Shown: positions 1 to 10,155, numbered from the stretch's first letter. The stretch is 64,000 nt of DNA from an uncultured Solirubrobacterales bacterium (GCA_963769035.1 CAVYKD010000001.1:83415-147414); one strand, 5' to 3'. Made by a program: numbers and translations. The notes: a model not told the origin generated them from the letters alone.

Positions 1-172
1 GTCGAGTTGAGCAGGCTGAGAGGCGGGCCGAGAGCGCGCACCTGATCGGGCTTCGTGGCAGCGGCGAAGCGGCCTCGGCCTGCCACTCGCGATCGCCCCC
101 GAGCCCGCTCGGCACGGAGCGTGCCGCCGGGGCTCCGCCTCACCGCCGCGAGTCGATCTAGGATGGCCGCTC

Positions 173-1799
173 GTGCGCTACCCGGTCGAGTCATTCACCA
201 GCGGCGAGCAAGCCCTGCTCGAGCCGCACTTCACCAACCTCGACCGGCCCGTGTTCGCGCTCGTCAACCTTCCCGAGACGGTCAAGGGCGCGATGTTCGC
301 GCGCTATTCCCGCTATCCCGGCACGCTGCGCCGCCTCTACCTCGACGAGTTCTCCGGCGAGCTGCCCGAGGGCGCGCGCCCGTTCGACGGGGCCGAGGGC
401 GACCGCGCCGCCGGCCTCTACGAGCGGATCTTCGTCGGCTACGGTGACGATTCGATCGCCCAGGTGGGCGGCGCCCACGTCGCGTTCGAATGGGTCTCGA
501 ACGTGCTCACGAAGCTGCTCCAGCGTGGCCGCCTGGCCGCGTACCTGGAGCAGTCCACCCGCTACATCGCCTACGACCGCCCGATCGAGGGGCTCGGGGG
601 CTACCGCTACTACTCCGACGAGCAGCTCGGCCGCGAGTACCGCGCGGCGATGGACGAGCTCTTCGCGATCTACTCACGGAGCCTCGAGACCACGACCGCA
701 TGGGCGGCCGAGCGCTGGCCACGCGCCGAGGACCAGCCCGAGGGCGCCTGGCGCGGCTCGATCCGGGCGAAGGCGCTCGACCTGCTCCGCGGCCTGCTCC
801 CGGCGGCGACGCTCAGCCACGTCGGCATGTACGGCTCCGGCCAGGCCTACGAGGGGCTGCTGCTGCGGCTCGCGGCCTCGCCGCTGCCCGAGGCCCGGCG
901 GTGCGGGGAGATGCTGCTCGCCGAGCTCAAGCAGGTGATCCCGAGCTTCGTCGCCAGGGTCGAGCGGCCCGAGCGCGGCGGCGATTGGATCGGCCATCTC
1001 GAGGAGCGCCGCGAGGCGACCGAGCGCGCGGTGGCGAGGCTCGGCCTCGACCGCGCGCGGCGGCGACCCGTTGCCCTCGGTCGACCTCGTTCACGTCGAC
1101 GGCACCGAGGAGGACCTGCTCGCCGCCTGCCTGTTCGAGTCGGCGGCGGTCTCCGAGACGCGAGATCCGCCACCGAATCGGAGCGCTCGACCCGATCGAG
1201 CGCGCCGAGCTGATCGGCGAGCTCGCCGGGGAGCGGCGAAACCGCCGCCACCGCCCGGGACGCGGCTGGGAGGCGGTTCGCTACCGCTTCGAGATCGTCT
1301 CCGACTACGGCGGCTTCCGCGACCTGCAGCGCCACCGGATGCTGACCTGCCAGTGGCAGCGGCTCGGCCCCGACCTCGGCGCCGGGGTGCCCGAGGAGGT
1401 ACGACGAGGCCGGCGTCGGCGACGAGTACCGCGCGGGCGCTCGAGCTCTCACACGCGGAGTTCGACCGGCTCGAGGGCGCAGGGCTCGCCGAGGCGGCTC
1501 CCTACGCGCTCTGCCTCGGCTACCGGATCCGCTACGTGCTCGACCTGAACGCGCGCGAGGCGATGCACGTCTGCGAGCTTCGCTCGGGTCGCGAGGGTCA
1601 CCCGACCTACCGCGCGGTCGCCCAGGCGATGCACGAGGCGATCGAGGGCGTGCATCCGGCGGTCGCCAAGGCGATGGTCCACGTCGACTCCTCGACCGAA
1701 CCCCGGCTCGAGCGAATCATGAGCGAGATCCGCACACACCGAAAGCGCACCGGCGTCGCCCAGCTCGACCCTCCGCCCGGCGTCTCCTCCCTGGGCTAG
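173..1799 (+). CDS. thyX: FAD-dependent thymidylate synthase ThyX, long (~540 aa) form; reading frame broken about 3 times as given
   Basis: GTG-start ORF 173-1213 (MRYPVESFTSGEQALLEPHFTNLDRPVFALVNLPETVKGAMFARYSRYPG). ThyX signature FRDLQRHRMLT reads in the frame of ORF 490-1548. C-terminal CELRSGREGHPTYRAVAQAMHE lies in ORF 1071-1799. Frame switches near ~1065, ~1165 and ~1400. Confidence 0.8.
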
Positions 1800-1851
1800 C
1801 GGGCCCGCTCGCGAGCTCCTCGCCGCGCGGCCAGAGCCACGCCGGCGCGGG

Positions 1852-3192
1852 CTAGGGGATCCGCTTCTTGACCTCGCAGCCGATCGCGCGGTCGCGGCCG
1901 CGGCCGCCGTCGCAGACGTCGCGGCCCGGGCCGCCGGCGAGCAGGTCGTTGCCGCCCCCGCCGCGCAGGCGGTCGTTGCCGGGCCCGCCGAACAGCCGAT
2001 CGGCGGCGCCCCCACCGCAGAGCGCGTCGTTGCCGGCCTTGCCCGCCGCCCGGTCGGCGCCCGCGAGCAGGCGGAACCCGTCCGTCGCCTCGGTCCCCGA
2101 GAAGCTGTCCGCCCCGCCGCCGCCGAGGTTGGTCACCGCGGTTCCCGCGCACAGCAGCGGGGTGCCGCCGGCGCGCAGGTAGAGCTCCTCGGCGGCGTCG
2201 CCGAAGTATGGGCCGTAGAGGCGATCGGACTCGAACTGGTAGCCGTAGCTCGTCACCGAGTTGACGAAGCTGTCCTCGATCACCCAGCCGCCACCGCTGG
2301 AGCCGCCGGTCATGTCGCAGTCGATCTGAAGCGTCTCCGGACCGCCGGGGGCGCTCGGGCTGTCGTCCGCGGTTCGCGGCGAGCGGCACCGGAACAGCCG
2401 CTCGCCGTCGAAGTCCGGCGGCAGGAGGAACGTGTTCGGGTCCTCGGCCGGGTACCCGTAGGCGTCGAAGACCTGGTTGCGCGGCTGGTTGAAGGCGATC
2501 CCGCGGGCGCCGAGGACATCCTGGACCCCCCGCCCCTGCGCGTCGCGGGCGAGCACTGCGGCGCCGATGTCGACGCGGACGTTGGCGGCCGACTCCCAGC
2601 CCGAGGTGGTCATCAGGGTCCTCGCCGGCCAAGTGCCGTAGGGCCGCTGGCCGTCGCGGTAGCCCGGCACGATCGCCCAGTTGCTCGCGAAGCCGCCGCC
2701 GACGTCGGCGCCGTGGACGCAGTGACCGGCCGTCCAGGCGAGCGTGTGCGAGGGCGAGCTGACGACCGTCCCCGAGCAGACGTAGTCGAGCCCGTCGAGG
2801 GTGAAGAAGACCTTCCCGTACATCCGCCGTTCGGCGCTCGCGCTCTCCGCCGAGAGGTCGGTGGCGGACCGGGGCGCGGCGACGCCGGCCCGCGGGCGGC
2901 CGACCTCGACCGCCCCCGCAGGGCTCGGCCCGACGTAGCTCGGCGGGCCGGCCGAGGCCGCGGGCCCGCTCGCCTGCGCCGGGCGCGGCGCCACCTCCGC
3001 GGGAATCGCCTCGCGCATCCGCTCGGCCGTCCAGTACTCGCGCACCTGGGCCGGTCGCTGGAGGACCTCCGCGGCGCGCACCTCGGAGGGCGATGCGGCG
3101 ACCGTCCCGCTCGCAGCGGCGAGCGGGCTCGCGGCAAGCGCGAGCAGGCCGACGACGATGGAGGTTCCCCGCCTCGTGCGCATCCAGATCAA
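1852..3192 (-). CDS. Secreted S1-family (trypsin-like) serine peptidase with C-terminal GGxGxD (RTX-like) calcium-binding repeats
   Basis: Intact 446-aa ORF. N-terminal signal peptide (VVGLLALAASPLAAASG). Catalytic contexts TAGHC, DIGAAVL and GGSSGGGW. C-terminal repeats GGGAADRLFGGPGNDRLRGGGGNDLLAGGPGRD. Confidence 0.8.
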   Translation of the reverse strand: MIWMRTRRGTSIVVGLLALAASPLAAASGTVAASPSEVRAAEVLQRPAQVREYWTAERMREAIPAEVAPRPAQASGPAASAGPPSYVGPSPAGAVEVGRPRAGVAAPRSATDLSAESASAERRMYGKVFFTLDGLDYVCSGTVVSSPSHTLAWTAGHCVHGADVGGGFASNWAIVPGYRDGQRPYGTWPARTLMTTSGWESAANVRVDIGAAVLARDAQGRGVQDVLGARGIAFNQPRNQVFDAYGYPAEDPNTFLLPPDFDGERLFRCRSPRTADDSPSAPGGPETLQIDCDMTGGSSGGGWVIEDSFVNSVTSYGYQFESDRLYGPYFGDAAEELYLRAGGTPLLCAGTAVTNLGGGGADSFSGTEATDGFRLLAGADRAAGKAGNDALCGGGAADRLFGGPGNDRLRGGGGNDLLAGGPGRDVCDGGRGRDRAIGCEVKKRIP

Positions 3193-3245
3193 TGTAGAGA
3201 GCCGCCCCCGCGGGCGCGCCGGCGTTGGGGCCGCGGAGGGGCGAC

Positions 3246-4124
3246 TCAGCCGCGTCGCTTGCGCTTCTTGCGCCTCGCCCGCTCGCGGCGGGCGGAGTGA
3301 TCCTTGCGCTCGGGCTCGCTGGCGAACAGCTCGGTGGCGTCGCCCTCGACCACCTCCGCGTCGGCGCGAGGCGCCGCGGCCGGCGAGTCCTGTCGCGCGC
3401 CCGGCGCGGGCCAGGGAATCGCCTCACCGGCCTCCCAGGCGGGGGGCCTGCCCTTGGGCACCCTGTCGAGGATCGTGAAGCCGAGCCATGCGAACCAGAT
3501 CGCCAGGGCGAGCAGCGAGAACTGCGGGGCGATCAGCAGAAGCGATGCGCCGAAGGCCATTCCGAGGGTGGCGAAGAAGCGGGTAAGCAGTCCGACCCGG
3601 AGCGCCTGCAGCGGCACGTAGACCATCGCGACGAGGACACCGAGGACGGCCGGGAAGAAGAGGCTCGCGCCGACGCTCGCCAGGCTCGACTCGTCGGCGA
3701 GGTCGCCGAGCAGGTTGTAGATGTCGCCTCCGCGGCCGGCCTGGGCGACGAAGTCGTCGGCGATCTGGGTCTGGGCGACGTTCGAGACCGCCACCCAGGC
3801 TGCGAACAGGATCGGCCCGAGAAAGACGAACCCGACCATCGCGGGGCTGACCTTGGGCGAGCGCGCCTGGGCCGCGCGGAACAGGTAGAGAAGCGGCGGC
3901 AGGTAGAGCAGAAAGGCGATCGCGCGCAGCACGGTGGCTCCGAGCAGCTGGCCGGAGTCCGCGTCGGCGGCGGAAAGGCGCTCCGTGGCGAGCGTGAAGT
4001 CGAACACCGAGGCCGAGTTCTCGAGCGAGGTCGAGGCGATGTAGAGCGGCACGATCGCGATCGCGCAGAGGCCGGCCAGCCTCTGCCAGCGGCGCTCGCG
4101 CTCGAGGATCTGGCTGCGGTTCAT
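3246..4124 (-). CDS. Hypothetical polytopic membrane protein
   Basis: Intact 292-aa ORF with high GC3, several hydrophobic spans and a Lys/Arg-rich C-terminus (RRERARRKKRKRRG). No family recognised. Confidence 0.6.
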   Translation of the reverse strand: MNRSQILERERRWQRLAGLCAIAIVPLYIASTSLENSASVFDFTLATERLSAADADSGQLLGATVLRAIAFLLYLPPLLYLFRAAQARSPKVSPAMVGFVFLGPILFAAWVAVSNVAQTQIADDFVAQAGRGGDIYNLLGDLADESSLASVGASLFFPAVLGVLVAMVYVPLQALRVGLLTRFFATLGMAFGASLLLIAPQFSLLALAIWFAWLGFTILDRVPKGRPPAWEAGEAIPWPAPGARQDSPAAAPRADAEVVEGDATELFASEPERKDHSARRERARRKKRKRRG

Positions 4125-4141
4125 CCGGCGCTCGCGCAGCC

Positions 4142-4405
4142 CTACTCGCCGGCCGGCGGCAGTCGCCTGGGTCGGTGCGAGCGCAGGTCGAAGGCCTCGC
4201 TGGGCGCGCGGATCGGGATGTAGTCGTCCTCACGGCCCGCCACGCGCGAGACGCGCTCGCCGAGCGCGAGGACGAGGTCGAGAACCGGGGCGGCGAGGGC
4301 TATCGCGCCCTCGAAGCGGGTGCGGGTCCGCTGCTGCTCGGGAGTCGGGGCGGGCATCGCACGGAACCGTACCGGGTGCGGTCGGTGATCTACCCTGCGC
4401 ACCAT
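4142..4405 (-). CDS. Hypothetical small protein
   Basis: 87-aa ORF with high third-position GC. Probably starts at the internal ATG at 4357 (MPAPTPEQQ...). No recognisable domain. Confidence 0.4.
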   Translation of the reverse strand: MVRRVDHRPHPVRFRAMPAPTPEQQRTRTRFEGAIALAAPVLDLVLALGERVSRVAGREDDYIPIRAPSEAFDLRSHRPRRLPPAGE

Positions 4406-5105
4406 GCCCTCCGCGCAGGCAAGCCCGCTCGCCGATCCCGACGGCGCCGCTTCCGGCGCCCGCCCGAGCGCCCGCGAGCGCCCCTGCCCGCTTTGCGGAC
4501 GGCCGCTCTATCCGTGGATCGCGCTGCCGAGACGCGAGGCCGAGGCGAGCGTCGGCCTGCCGCTGTCCGAGCCCCCCGGGGCCGAGCGGATCCTCGAGCG
4601 CTGCGAAGGCTGCGGCTGCGCGCTCGAGCAGGGCGTCGAGATCGACGCCGCGAGCGAGTGGGCGGCGCTGAGGAGCGGCCCGGACACGGTCCGGATGCCC
4701 AACCGGGCCAGCCTGCAGGCGGCGATCGGGGTCCAGGGCTGGGCCGCGCTGCCGGAGGCTCCGGGCGACCTCCTGCTCACCCCGAGGAGCCTCTCGCTGC
4801 TCGCCGAGAAGGCCGGGCGAGAGATCGGTGCGCTTCGCACCCCGCCCTCCGGCCGCGCCCAGGTGTGGATGTGGCAGACGCTGCTCAACGGGCTCACCTT
4901 CCACCCGAACTTCCTCCGCCGAGTCCGGGCCGGCCGCCTGCGGCCATCGAACGCCCGCAACCGCCTCGCGTTCGCCGCCGACTCGGTGGTCACCGCCCTC
5001 GCCGGCCCGCTCGCGCTCCTCGTCTCGGCGCCGCTCGAGCTGCTCGCGGCGCTCTTTCGCCGGGGCGGCGAGATCGAGGCGACGGTGATCGGCGGGGGCG
5101 AATGA
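4404..5105 (+). CDS. Hypothetical protein with putative zinc ribbon and C-terminal hydrophobic segment
   Basis: 233-aa intact ORF. Cys clusters CPLCG...CEGCGC. Hydrophobic tail AADSVVTALAGPLALLVSAPLELLAALF. Confidence 0.5.
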   Translation: MPSAQASPLADPDGAASGARPSARERPCPLCGRPLYPWIALPRREAEASVGLPLSEPPGAERILERCEGCGCALEQGVEIDAASEWAALRSGPDTVRMPNRASLQAAIGVQGWAALPEAPGDLLLTPRSLSLLAEKAGREIGALRTPPSGRAQVWMWQTLLNGLTFHPNFLRRVRAGRLRPSNARNRLAFAADSVVTALAGPLALLVSAPLELLAALFRRGGEIEATVIGGGE

Positions 5106-5485
5106 GCCTCCGAGCCCACATCGCCGGGCTCGTCCTGCTCTCGGCGATGGCGCTGCTCTGCGCGGCGCCCGCCGGGGCCGCCGGGGCTCGTGTTGCGGTA
5201 CGGGTCCTCGACGCGACCTGTTTCGGGCCCTGTACGGCGGAGGGCGAGCGCAGGCCCTACGCCGGCCCGGGCAGGGTGATCGTCAAGCGGACCCGCGGCG
5301 GCCGCAGGGTCGCCCGCGAGGGCCTCGAGGACGGGCTGGCCAGGGCCGTCCTGGCGCCCGGCTCCTACCGGGTGCGGGTCAAGATCGCCGACCCCTGCTG
5401 GGGCGAGGACGCGAAGCGGGTATCGATCAAGGCCGGCGAGCGCGAGCGAGTACGGCTCGTGGTCGCCAACGACTGCATTCGCTGA
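5102..5485 (+). CDS. Small secreted beta-rich protein (hypothetical)
   Basis: ATG 5102 overlaps the upstream stop (ATGA). Signal peptide MSLRAHIAGLVLLSAMALLCAAPAGAAG. Four Cys. GSYRVRV weakly resembles a carboxypeptidase-regulatory-like fold. Confidence 0.55.
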   Translation: MSLRAHIAGLVLLSAMALLCAAPAGAAGARVAVRVLDATCFGPCTAEGERRPYAGPGRVIVKRTRGGRRVAREGLEDGLARAVLAPGSYRVRVKIADPCWGEDAKRVSIKAGERERVRLVVANDCIR

Positions 5486-5506
5486 GCGCCCCCGGCGTCG
5501 GGCGAG

Positions 5507-6310
5507 CTAGCTCGAGGCCCGCCAGCCGCGCTTGAGCAGCGGCAGCAGCAGCGCCCGCGGCGAGTGCTGGGCGGTGAGCGCCCCGGCGCGGTTGAGCAGG
5601 CCGGGGACGACGACGCGCTTGCCCGCCGCCAGGCCGTCCACGGCATCGCGAGCGACGGTCTCGACCGCGGTCCAGAACGGCCCGGGGAGCTTCTCCTCCC
5701 AGCCGACCCCGGCGACCTCGGCGAACTCGGTCTGCACCGGGCCCGGGCACAGGGCGGTCACGACGACCCCCTTCCCCGCGAGCTCGGAGTGGGTCGCCTC
5801 GCTGAGGTTGAGGACGAACGCCTTCGAGGCGGAGTAGGTCGCGGATCCCGGGATCGGCTGGAAGGCGGCGGTCGAGGCGACGTTGAGGATCGCGCCCTCG
5901 CCGCGCTCCGCCATCGCCGGCGAGTAGCGCGCCTGGATGTCGAGCAGGGCCTCGCAGTTGAGCCGCACCATCGCCATCAGCCGCTCGCGCTCGACGCGGT
6001 GAAGCGGGCCGCTGTCGCCGAAGCCGGCGTTGTTGACGAGCACCGATACGTCGCGGCCGAGCCCCGCTACCGCGGCCTCCATCGCATCGCGGCCGCCCTC
6101 GGTGCCGAGGTCGGCCGCGACCACCTCGGCGTGCACCTGGTGGGCCGAGGCGATCTCGGCGGCGAGCTCCCGAAGCCGGCCCTCGCGACGGGCGACGAGG
6201 GTCACCCCGTGACCGCGCGAGGCGAGCTCGCGGGCGATCTCGCTGCCGATCCCCGAGGAGGCCCCGGTGACGAGCGCGGTCGAGGACTCGGTCGGCGTCG
6301 GCAGGCCCAT
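5507..6310 (-). CDS. Short-chain dehydrogenase/reductase (SDR)
   Basis: TGASSGIG Rossmann motif, NNAG, and YSASK active-site motif. Start placed at ATG 6310 (MGLPTPTESS...) inside ORF 5507-6400. Confidence 0.85.
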   Translation of the reverse strand: MGLPTPTESSTALVTGASSGIGSEIARELASRGHGVTLVARREGRLRELAAEIASAHQVHAEVVAADLGTEGGRDAMEAAVAGLGRDVSVLVNNAGFGDSGPLHRVERERLMAMVRLNCEALLDIQARYSPAMAERGEGAILNVASTAAFQPIPGSATYSASKAFVLNLSEATHSELAGKGVVVTALCPGPVQTEFAEVAGVGWEEKLPGPFWTAVETVARDAVDGLAAGKRVVVPGLLNRAGALTAQHSPRALLLPLLKRGWRASS

Positions 6311-6340
6311 GGCGGCAACCCTAGCCCACCGCCGCCCCGT

Positions 6341-6389
6341 GCCGAGGTGGCGGTTGTGGGTGCATGACACCCGAATCTGCCACCTCGGC
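6341..6389. promoter_or_regulatory. Perfect 11-bp inverted repeat with nested 5-bp stem in a divergent intergenic region
   Basis: GCCGAGGTGGC (6341-6351) and GCCACCTCGGC (6379-6389). The spacer contains GGGTG-CATGA-CACCC. Lies between the SDR start (6310, minus strand) and the ORF 6407 start. Confidence 0.5.
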
Positions 6390-6406
6390 TCCGGGGGCAT
6401 CGGCGT

Positions 6407-6691
6407 ATGATCGGGAGCGTGGAAGGTGGCGATCCCTTTGGGCTGTTCGGCGACCCGGACGAGCTTCGCGCCCGGCTCGCGGATATGGCCGAGCAGATGC
6501 AGGGCGCTCAGCGCGTCGCCTGGGCCGACAACGCGATCAAGCTCGCCGTCGACATGACCGTGGCCGCGATCAACCGCCTCGACCTCGCCGGCGGCAGCGA
6601 CGAGCAGGCCGTGCAGGTCCGCGACGCGATCCGGATCGTCTTCCCGGAGGCGGTCACCCTCGTGCGCGAGGCGCGCGAGGGCCTTTCCTGA
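6407..6691 (+). CDS. Hypothetical protein
   Basis: 94-aa ATG-start ORF with high GC3. No recognised domain. Confidence 0.45.
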   Translation: MIGSVEGGDPFGLFGDPDELRARLADMAEQMQGAQRVAWADNAIKLAVDMTVAAINRLDLAGGSDEQAVQVRDAIRIVFPEAVTLVREAREGLS

Positions 6692-6790
6692 GCGGGCGCC
6701 CGGCGCCGGCTCGTCTTCGGCGCGACTGACTCACCACAATCGCTCGCCCCGGCTCGCCACCGGCCGGCCGCCGGTGCCTAGGTTCGGCGC

Positions 6791-7409
6791 GTGTCCTCAC
6801 GCGGATCGGCGACGGTCGAGCATGCCGGCCTCTCCCTGATGGTCGCGCTGCTCGCGATCGCGGCGATCGCCGCGCTCGCGTCGGGCCCGCCCGGGGCGGG
6901 AGGAGATCTCGGCCTCACGCTCGCGCGCAAGCTGCGCTGCGCTGCGCAGGGCCCCGGGCCCTGCTGGCAAGACCCGCTGACGGAGGCCTACGGGCGCTCG
7001 CTCGCCGGGGCCGTGCGCGCGCTCGCGCCGCACCCCGATCCCGATCCCCGGGCCCGCCCGCGAGCCGCTGCTCCCGGTCGACTTCCGCCGCTGTCGAAGC
7101 GCCGGCTGCGCGGCTCCGGGAGAGAGCCGCGGGCTGACCGCCGCGAACCGGCGGGTCACCGCGTTCACCGCCGTTGCCCCCGCGCGCGGCGGCCAGGCGA
7201 TCAGCTATTGGGAGTACCGGCCGCGGATCGGCTGGAGGGAGCGACGAGTCGAGGTGGCCGACGAGCGGGTCGCCGAGCTCGCGCCGACGCCGCTGCTCGA
7301 GGAGCAGGTGCCGGCCCTGGTCGCGCTCGAGACGCTTCCCGGCGCGAACCACTTCGAGTTCGCGGCCGGCGAGGAGCCGCCGTGGCGCTGGCGGATCGAA
7401 CGGCGCTGA
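6791..7409 (+). CDS. Prepilin-type (TadE/pseudopilin-like) N-terminal signal protein; one frame change as given
   Basis: The N-terminus MSSRGSATVEHAGLSLMVALLAIAAIAAL fits a class III signal (G|SATVE, Glu at +5). The high-GC3 reading continues in another frame from ~7055 to TGA 7407-7409 (...VTAFTAVAPARGGQAISYWEYRPRIGW...). Confidence 0.5.
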
Positions 7410-7424
7410 GCTCCCGTCCGGCGC

Positions 7425-8345
7425 TCACCAGTTGGCGTCGTGGTGCTCCATCACGCCGAAGCCGGAGGCGAGCTCGAGGCCGCCGGGAAGCGTCCCCGAG
7501 AAGGTCCCGAAGGGCTGGCGGTAGCTGTAGTTGACGAACGCGCGCCGCTCCTCCTTGGCGCGCTCGCACTCGGCGGCGAACTCGAGGCGGCCGTCGGCGT
7601 GCGCGATCGCGCTCAGGCCGTCGAACTCCACCGGGCCGGGCTCGCTGGGCTCGCCGTCGACCCAGACCGCGCGCTCAGATTGCTCGGTGCGGGTCGTTGA
7701 TCCCGCTGACCAGGTTCCAGCCGACGGCGCGCCCGTCGGCGGCCTCGCCGACCCCCGCCGACCAGCTCCACACGGTGTGGTGCGGGTGGTAGCCGGCCGA
7801 CTCGTCCTCGACCCCGCGGGCCTCGGTTCGAATCCGCCGCTCGCCGATGCGGATGTCGCACTCGACCGGGACCAGGCGCTTGCGCGTCCAGCAGAAGTTC
7901 TCGCCCTCCCCGCTCGGGCAGATGCTCTCCACCCATCGCCCCTCACCGGCACGCAGGAACCCCCGCACGGGCAGTTCGTCGCGCGCCGGTGCCTCGATCC
8001 GCACGACGGTGCCGCCGCGCTCGGGAGCCCAGTCGATCCGGCCCTTTCCCTCGGCGTCCGCGGCCTCGCTCCAGACCTCGCCGCGCGCGATCGGCGCGAT
8101 CGTCCTGGTGCGCTCGTGCAGCTCGCCGCGCTCGCGATCCCAGACCGCCCAGAAGGTCTGACCGATCGGTCCCACCTGCACCCGCGCCGCGCAGAGCAGC
8201 AGCTCGTCGGAGAACGCCCCGAGGTAGCGCCAGCGCTTTCGCCAGGAGCCGTCGCGGCGGATCGGCATCGATCGGGTGGCAGCGCCAGCTCCGGGCGGCC
8301 GGGGCCCGGGCCTCGCCAGGGGAGGGAGTCGATCGTGCTCGCCAT
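7425..8345 (-). CDS. DUF2804-like hypothetical protein; frame change near 7680
   Basis: WRKRWRYLGAFSDELLLCAARVQVGP... (ORF 7675-8268) continues into ...VNYSYRQPFGTFSGTLPGGLELASGFGVMEHHDANW (tail of ORF 7425-8345). Start is either 8345 or ATG 8268. Family assignment is from memory only. Confidence 0.55.
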   Translation of the reverse strand: MASTIDSLPWRGPGPGRPELALPPDRCRSAATAPGESAGATSGRSPTSCCSARRGCRWDRSVRPSGRSGIASAASCTSAPGRSRRSRAARSGARPRTPRERAGSTGLPSAAAPSCGSRHRRATNCPCGGSCVPVRGDGWRASARAGRARTSAGRASAWSRSSATSASASGGFEPRPAGSRTSRPATTRTTPCGAGRRGSARPPTGAPSAGTWSAGSTTRTEQSERAVWVDGEPSEPGPVEFDGLSAIAHADGRLEFAAECERAKEERRAFVNYSYRQPFGTFSGTLPGGLELASGFGVMEHHDANW

Positions 8346-8375
8346 CGAGTCTGCAGCGGCGATTGTGGCGAACGG

Positions 8376-10155
8376 CTACTCGATCGTGCAGATCGGGTCG
8401 CCGGCGTTGATCGCCGCTCCCTCTTTGACGGCCAGCTCGGTGACCTTGCCGGCGCGGTGGGCGGTGATCTCGTTCTCCATCTTCATCGCCTCGATCACGC
8501 AGATCAGGGCGCCCTCCTCGACCTCGGCGCCCTGCTCGACGACGACCTTGAAGATCGAGCCCTGCAGCGGCGCGGCGAGGCGTTGGGCCGCTGACGAGCC
8601 GCCGCCGCCGGAGCCGAGCGCTCGCGCTTCGGCGGACGCGGCCGGCCGCCGGAGCCGGCCGCCGTTGGCGGGCGCGGGCGCGCCGATCACCTTGACCGAG
8701 TGAAGCCGGCCGTCGACCTCGACCTTGTACTCGCGCTCGAGCGGCTCGCCGTCGTCGTCATCCGCGGACCCGCTCGCGGGCTGGGCCGCGGAGGCCTCGG
8801 GCTGCGTCTGCTTCAGCCACTTGCGTGTCCTCGGTCAGGTCGCGGCAGGTCTCGCCCCTCGCCCACTGCTCGGTCGAGAGGATCGCCTTGTGGAACGGGA
8901 TCAGGGTGGTCAGCGGCTCGATCTCGTACTCGCCGAGCGCGCGCAGCATCCGCGCCGTCGCCCGCTCGCGGTCGACGTCCCAGGTGATCAGCTTCGCGAC
9001 CATCGGGTCGTAGATCGGGGTCACCTCGCCGCCGGCCTCGAGGCCGGAGTCGACCCGGACCCCGGGACCGGCGGGCTCGATGTAGTGCTCGATCCTGCCC
9101 GGCGCCGGGGCGAAGTTCTTGTGCGCGGCCTCGGCGTTGATCCGGCACTCGATCGAATGGCCGCGCATCTGGACGTCGTCCTGGCCGACCGAGAGCGGCT
9201 CGCCGGCGGCGATCCGGATCTGCTCGCGGACGATGTCGATCCCGGTGACCATCTCGGTGACGCAGTGCTCGACCTGGACGCGGGTGTTCATCTCGAGGAA
9301 GAAGTAGTCCTCGCCGACCTGCATCCCCTCGATCGTGCCGGCGCCGCGGTAGTCGACCGCGAGCGCCGCGTCGGTCGCGATCTTGCCGATCCGCTCGCGC
9401 ATCTCCTCGTCGACGTGCGGGCCCGGGGGCCTCCTCGATCAGCTTCTGGTGGCGGCGCTGAATCGAGCAATCGCGCTCGCCGAGGTGGATCACGTTGCCG
9501 TGCGAGTCGGCGAGCACCTGGACCTCGACGTGGCGCGGGTCCTCGAGGTAGCGCTCGAGGTAGACCCGGTCGTCGGAGAAGAACTTCTCGCCCTCGCGTG
9601 CGGCGCCCTCGAATGCCTCGGCGAGCTCGTCCTCGCCGTCAGGGCGACCCGGAAGCCCTTGCCACCGCCGCCGCCCGCGGCCTTGCAGGCGACCGGGTAG
9701 CCGATCTCGGCGGCCGTCTTGCGGGCCGCCTCGACGTCGGGCGAGGGCTCGGTGGAGCCGGGCACGATCGGGACACCGGCCTCCTGCATGATCTCGCGGG
9801 CGCGCGTCTTCGAGCCCATCGCCTCGATCGCCGCGGCGGGCGGACCGATGAAGACCAGGCCGGCCTGCTCGAGCGCGTTCGCGAAGGCCGCGTTCTCGGC
9901 CAGGAACCCGTAGCCGGGGTGGACCGCCTCGGCACCGGACGTCTTGGCGACCTCGATCAGCTTCTCGATGTTGAGGTAGCTCTCGGCGGGCACGGCGGGG
10001 CCGAGCAGGTAGGCCTCGTCGGCGATCCGGACGTGCGGGGTCTCGCGGTCGGCCTCCGAGTAGACGCCGACGGAGGTGATCCCCATCTCCTGCAGGGTTC
10101 GCATCACCCGGATCGCGATCTCGCCGCGGTTCGCGACCAGGACCTTCTCGAACAT
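8376..10155 (-). CDS. accA: Acetyl/propionyl-CoA carboxylase alpha subunit (biotin carboxylase fused to biotin carboxyl carrier domain); at least 3 frame changes
   Basis: N-terminus [20 protein letters not shown] (ORF 9490-10155). Middle [36 protein letters not shown] (frame of 8813-10222). Then [16 protein letters not shown] (ORF 8758-9402). BCCP motif [12 protein letters not shown] (ORF 8376-8690). Switches near ~9640, ~9412 and ~8825. Confidence 0.9.

Noticed and set aside
1-172. A possible 3' end of an upstream plus-strand gene (frame 3, ending at TAG ~160).
   Set aside because: The translation is low-complexity, GC3 is only moderate, and no start or homology can be seen. It is too short to support.
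1852-3192. RTX repeats taken as evidence for a type I secreted toxin.
   Set aside because: Both repeat proteins have N-terminal Sec signal peptides. No ABC/MFP/TolC-type export genes are adjacent. The nearby ABC genes are CcmAB-type.
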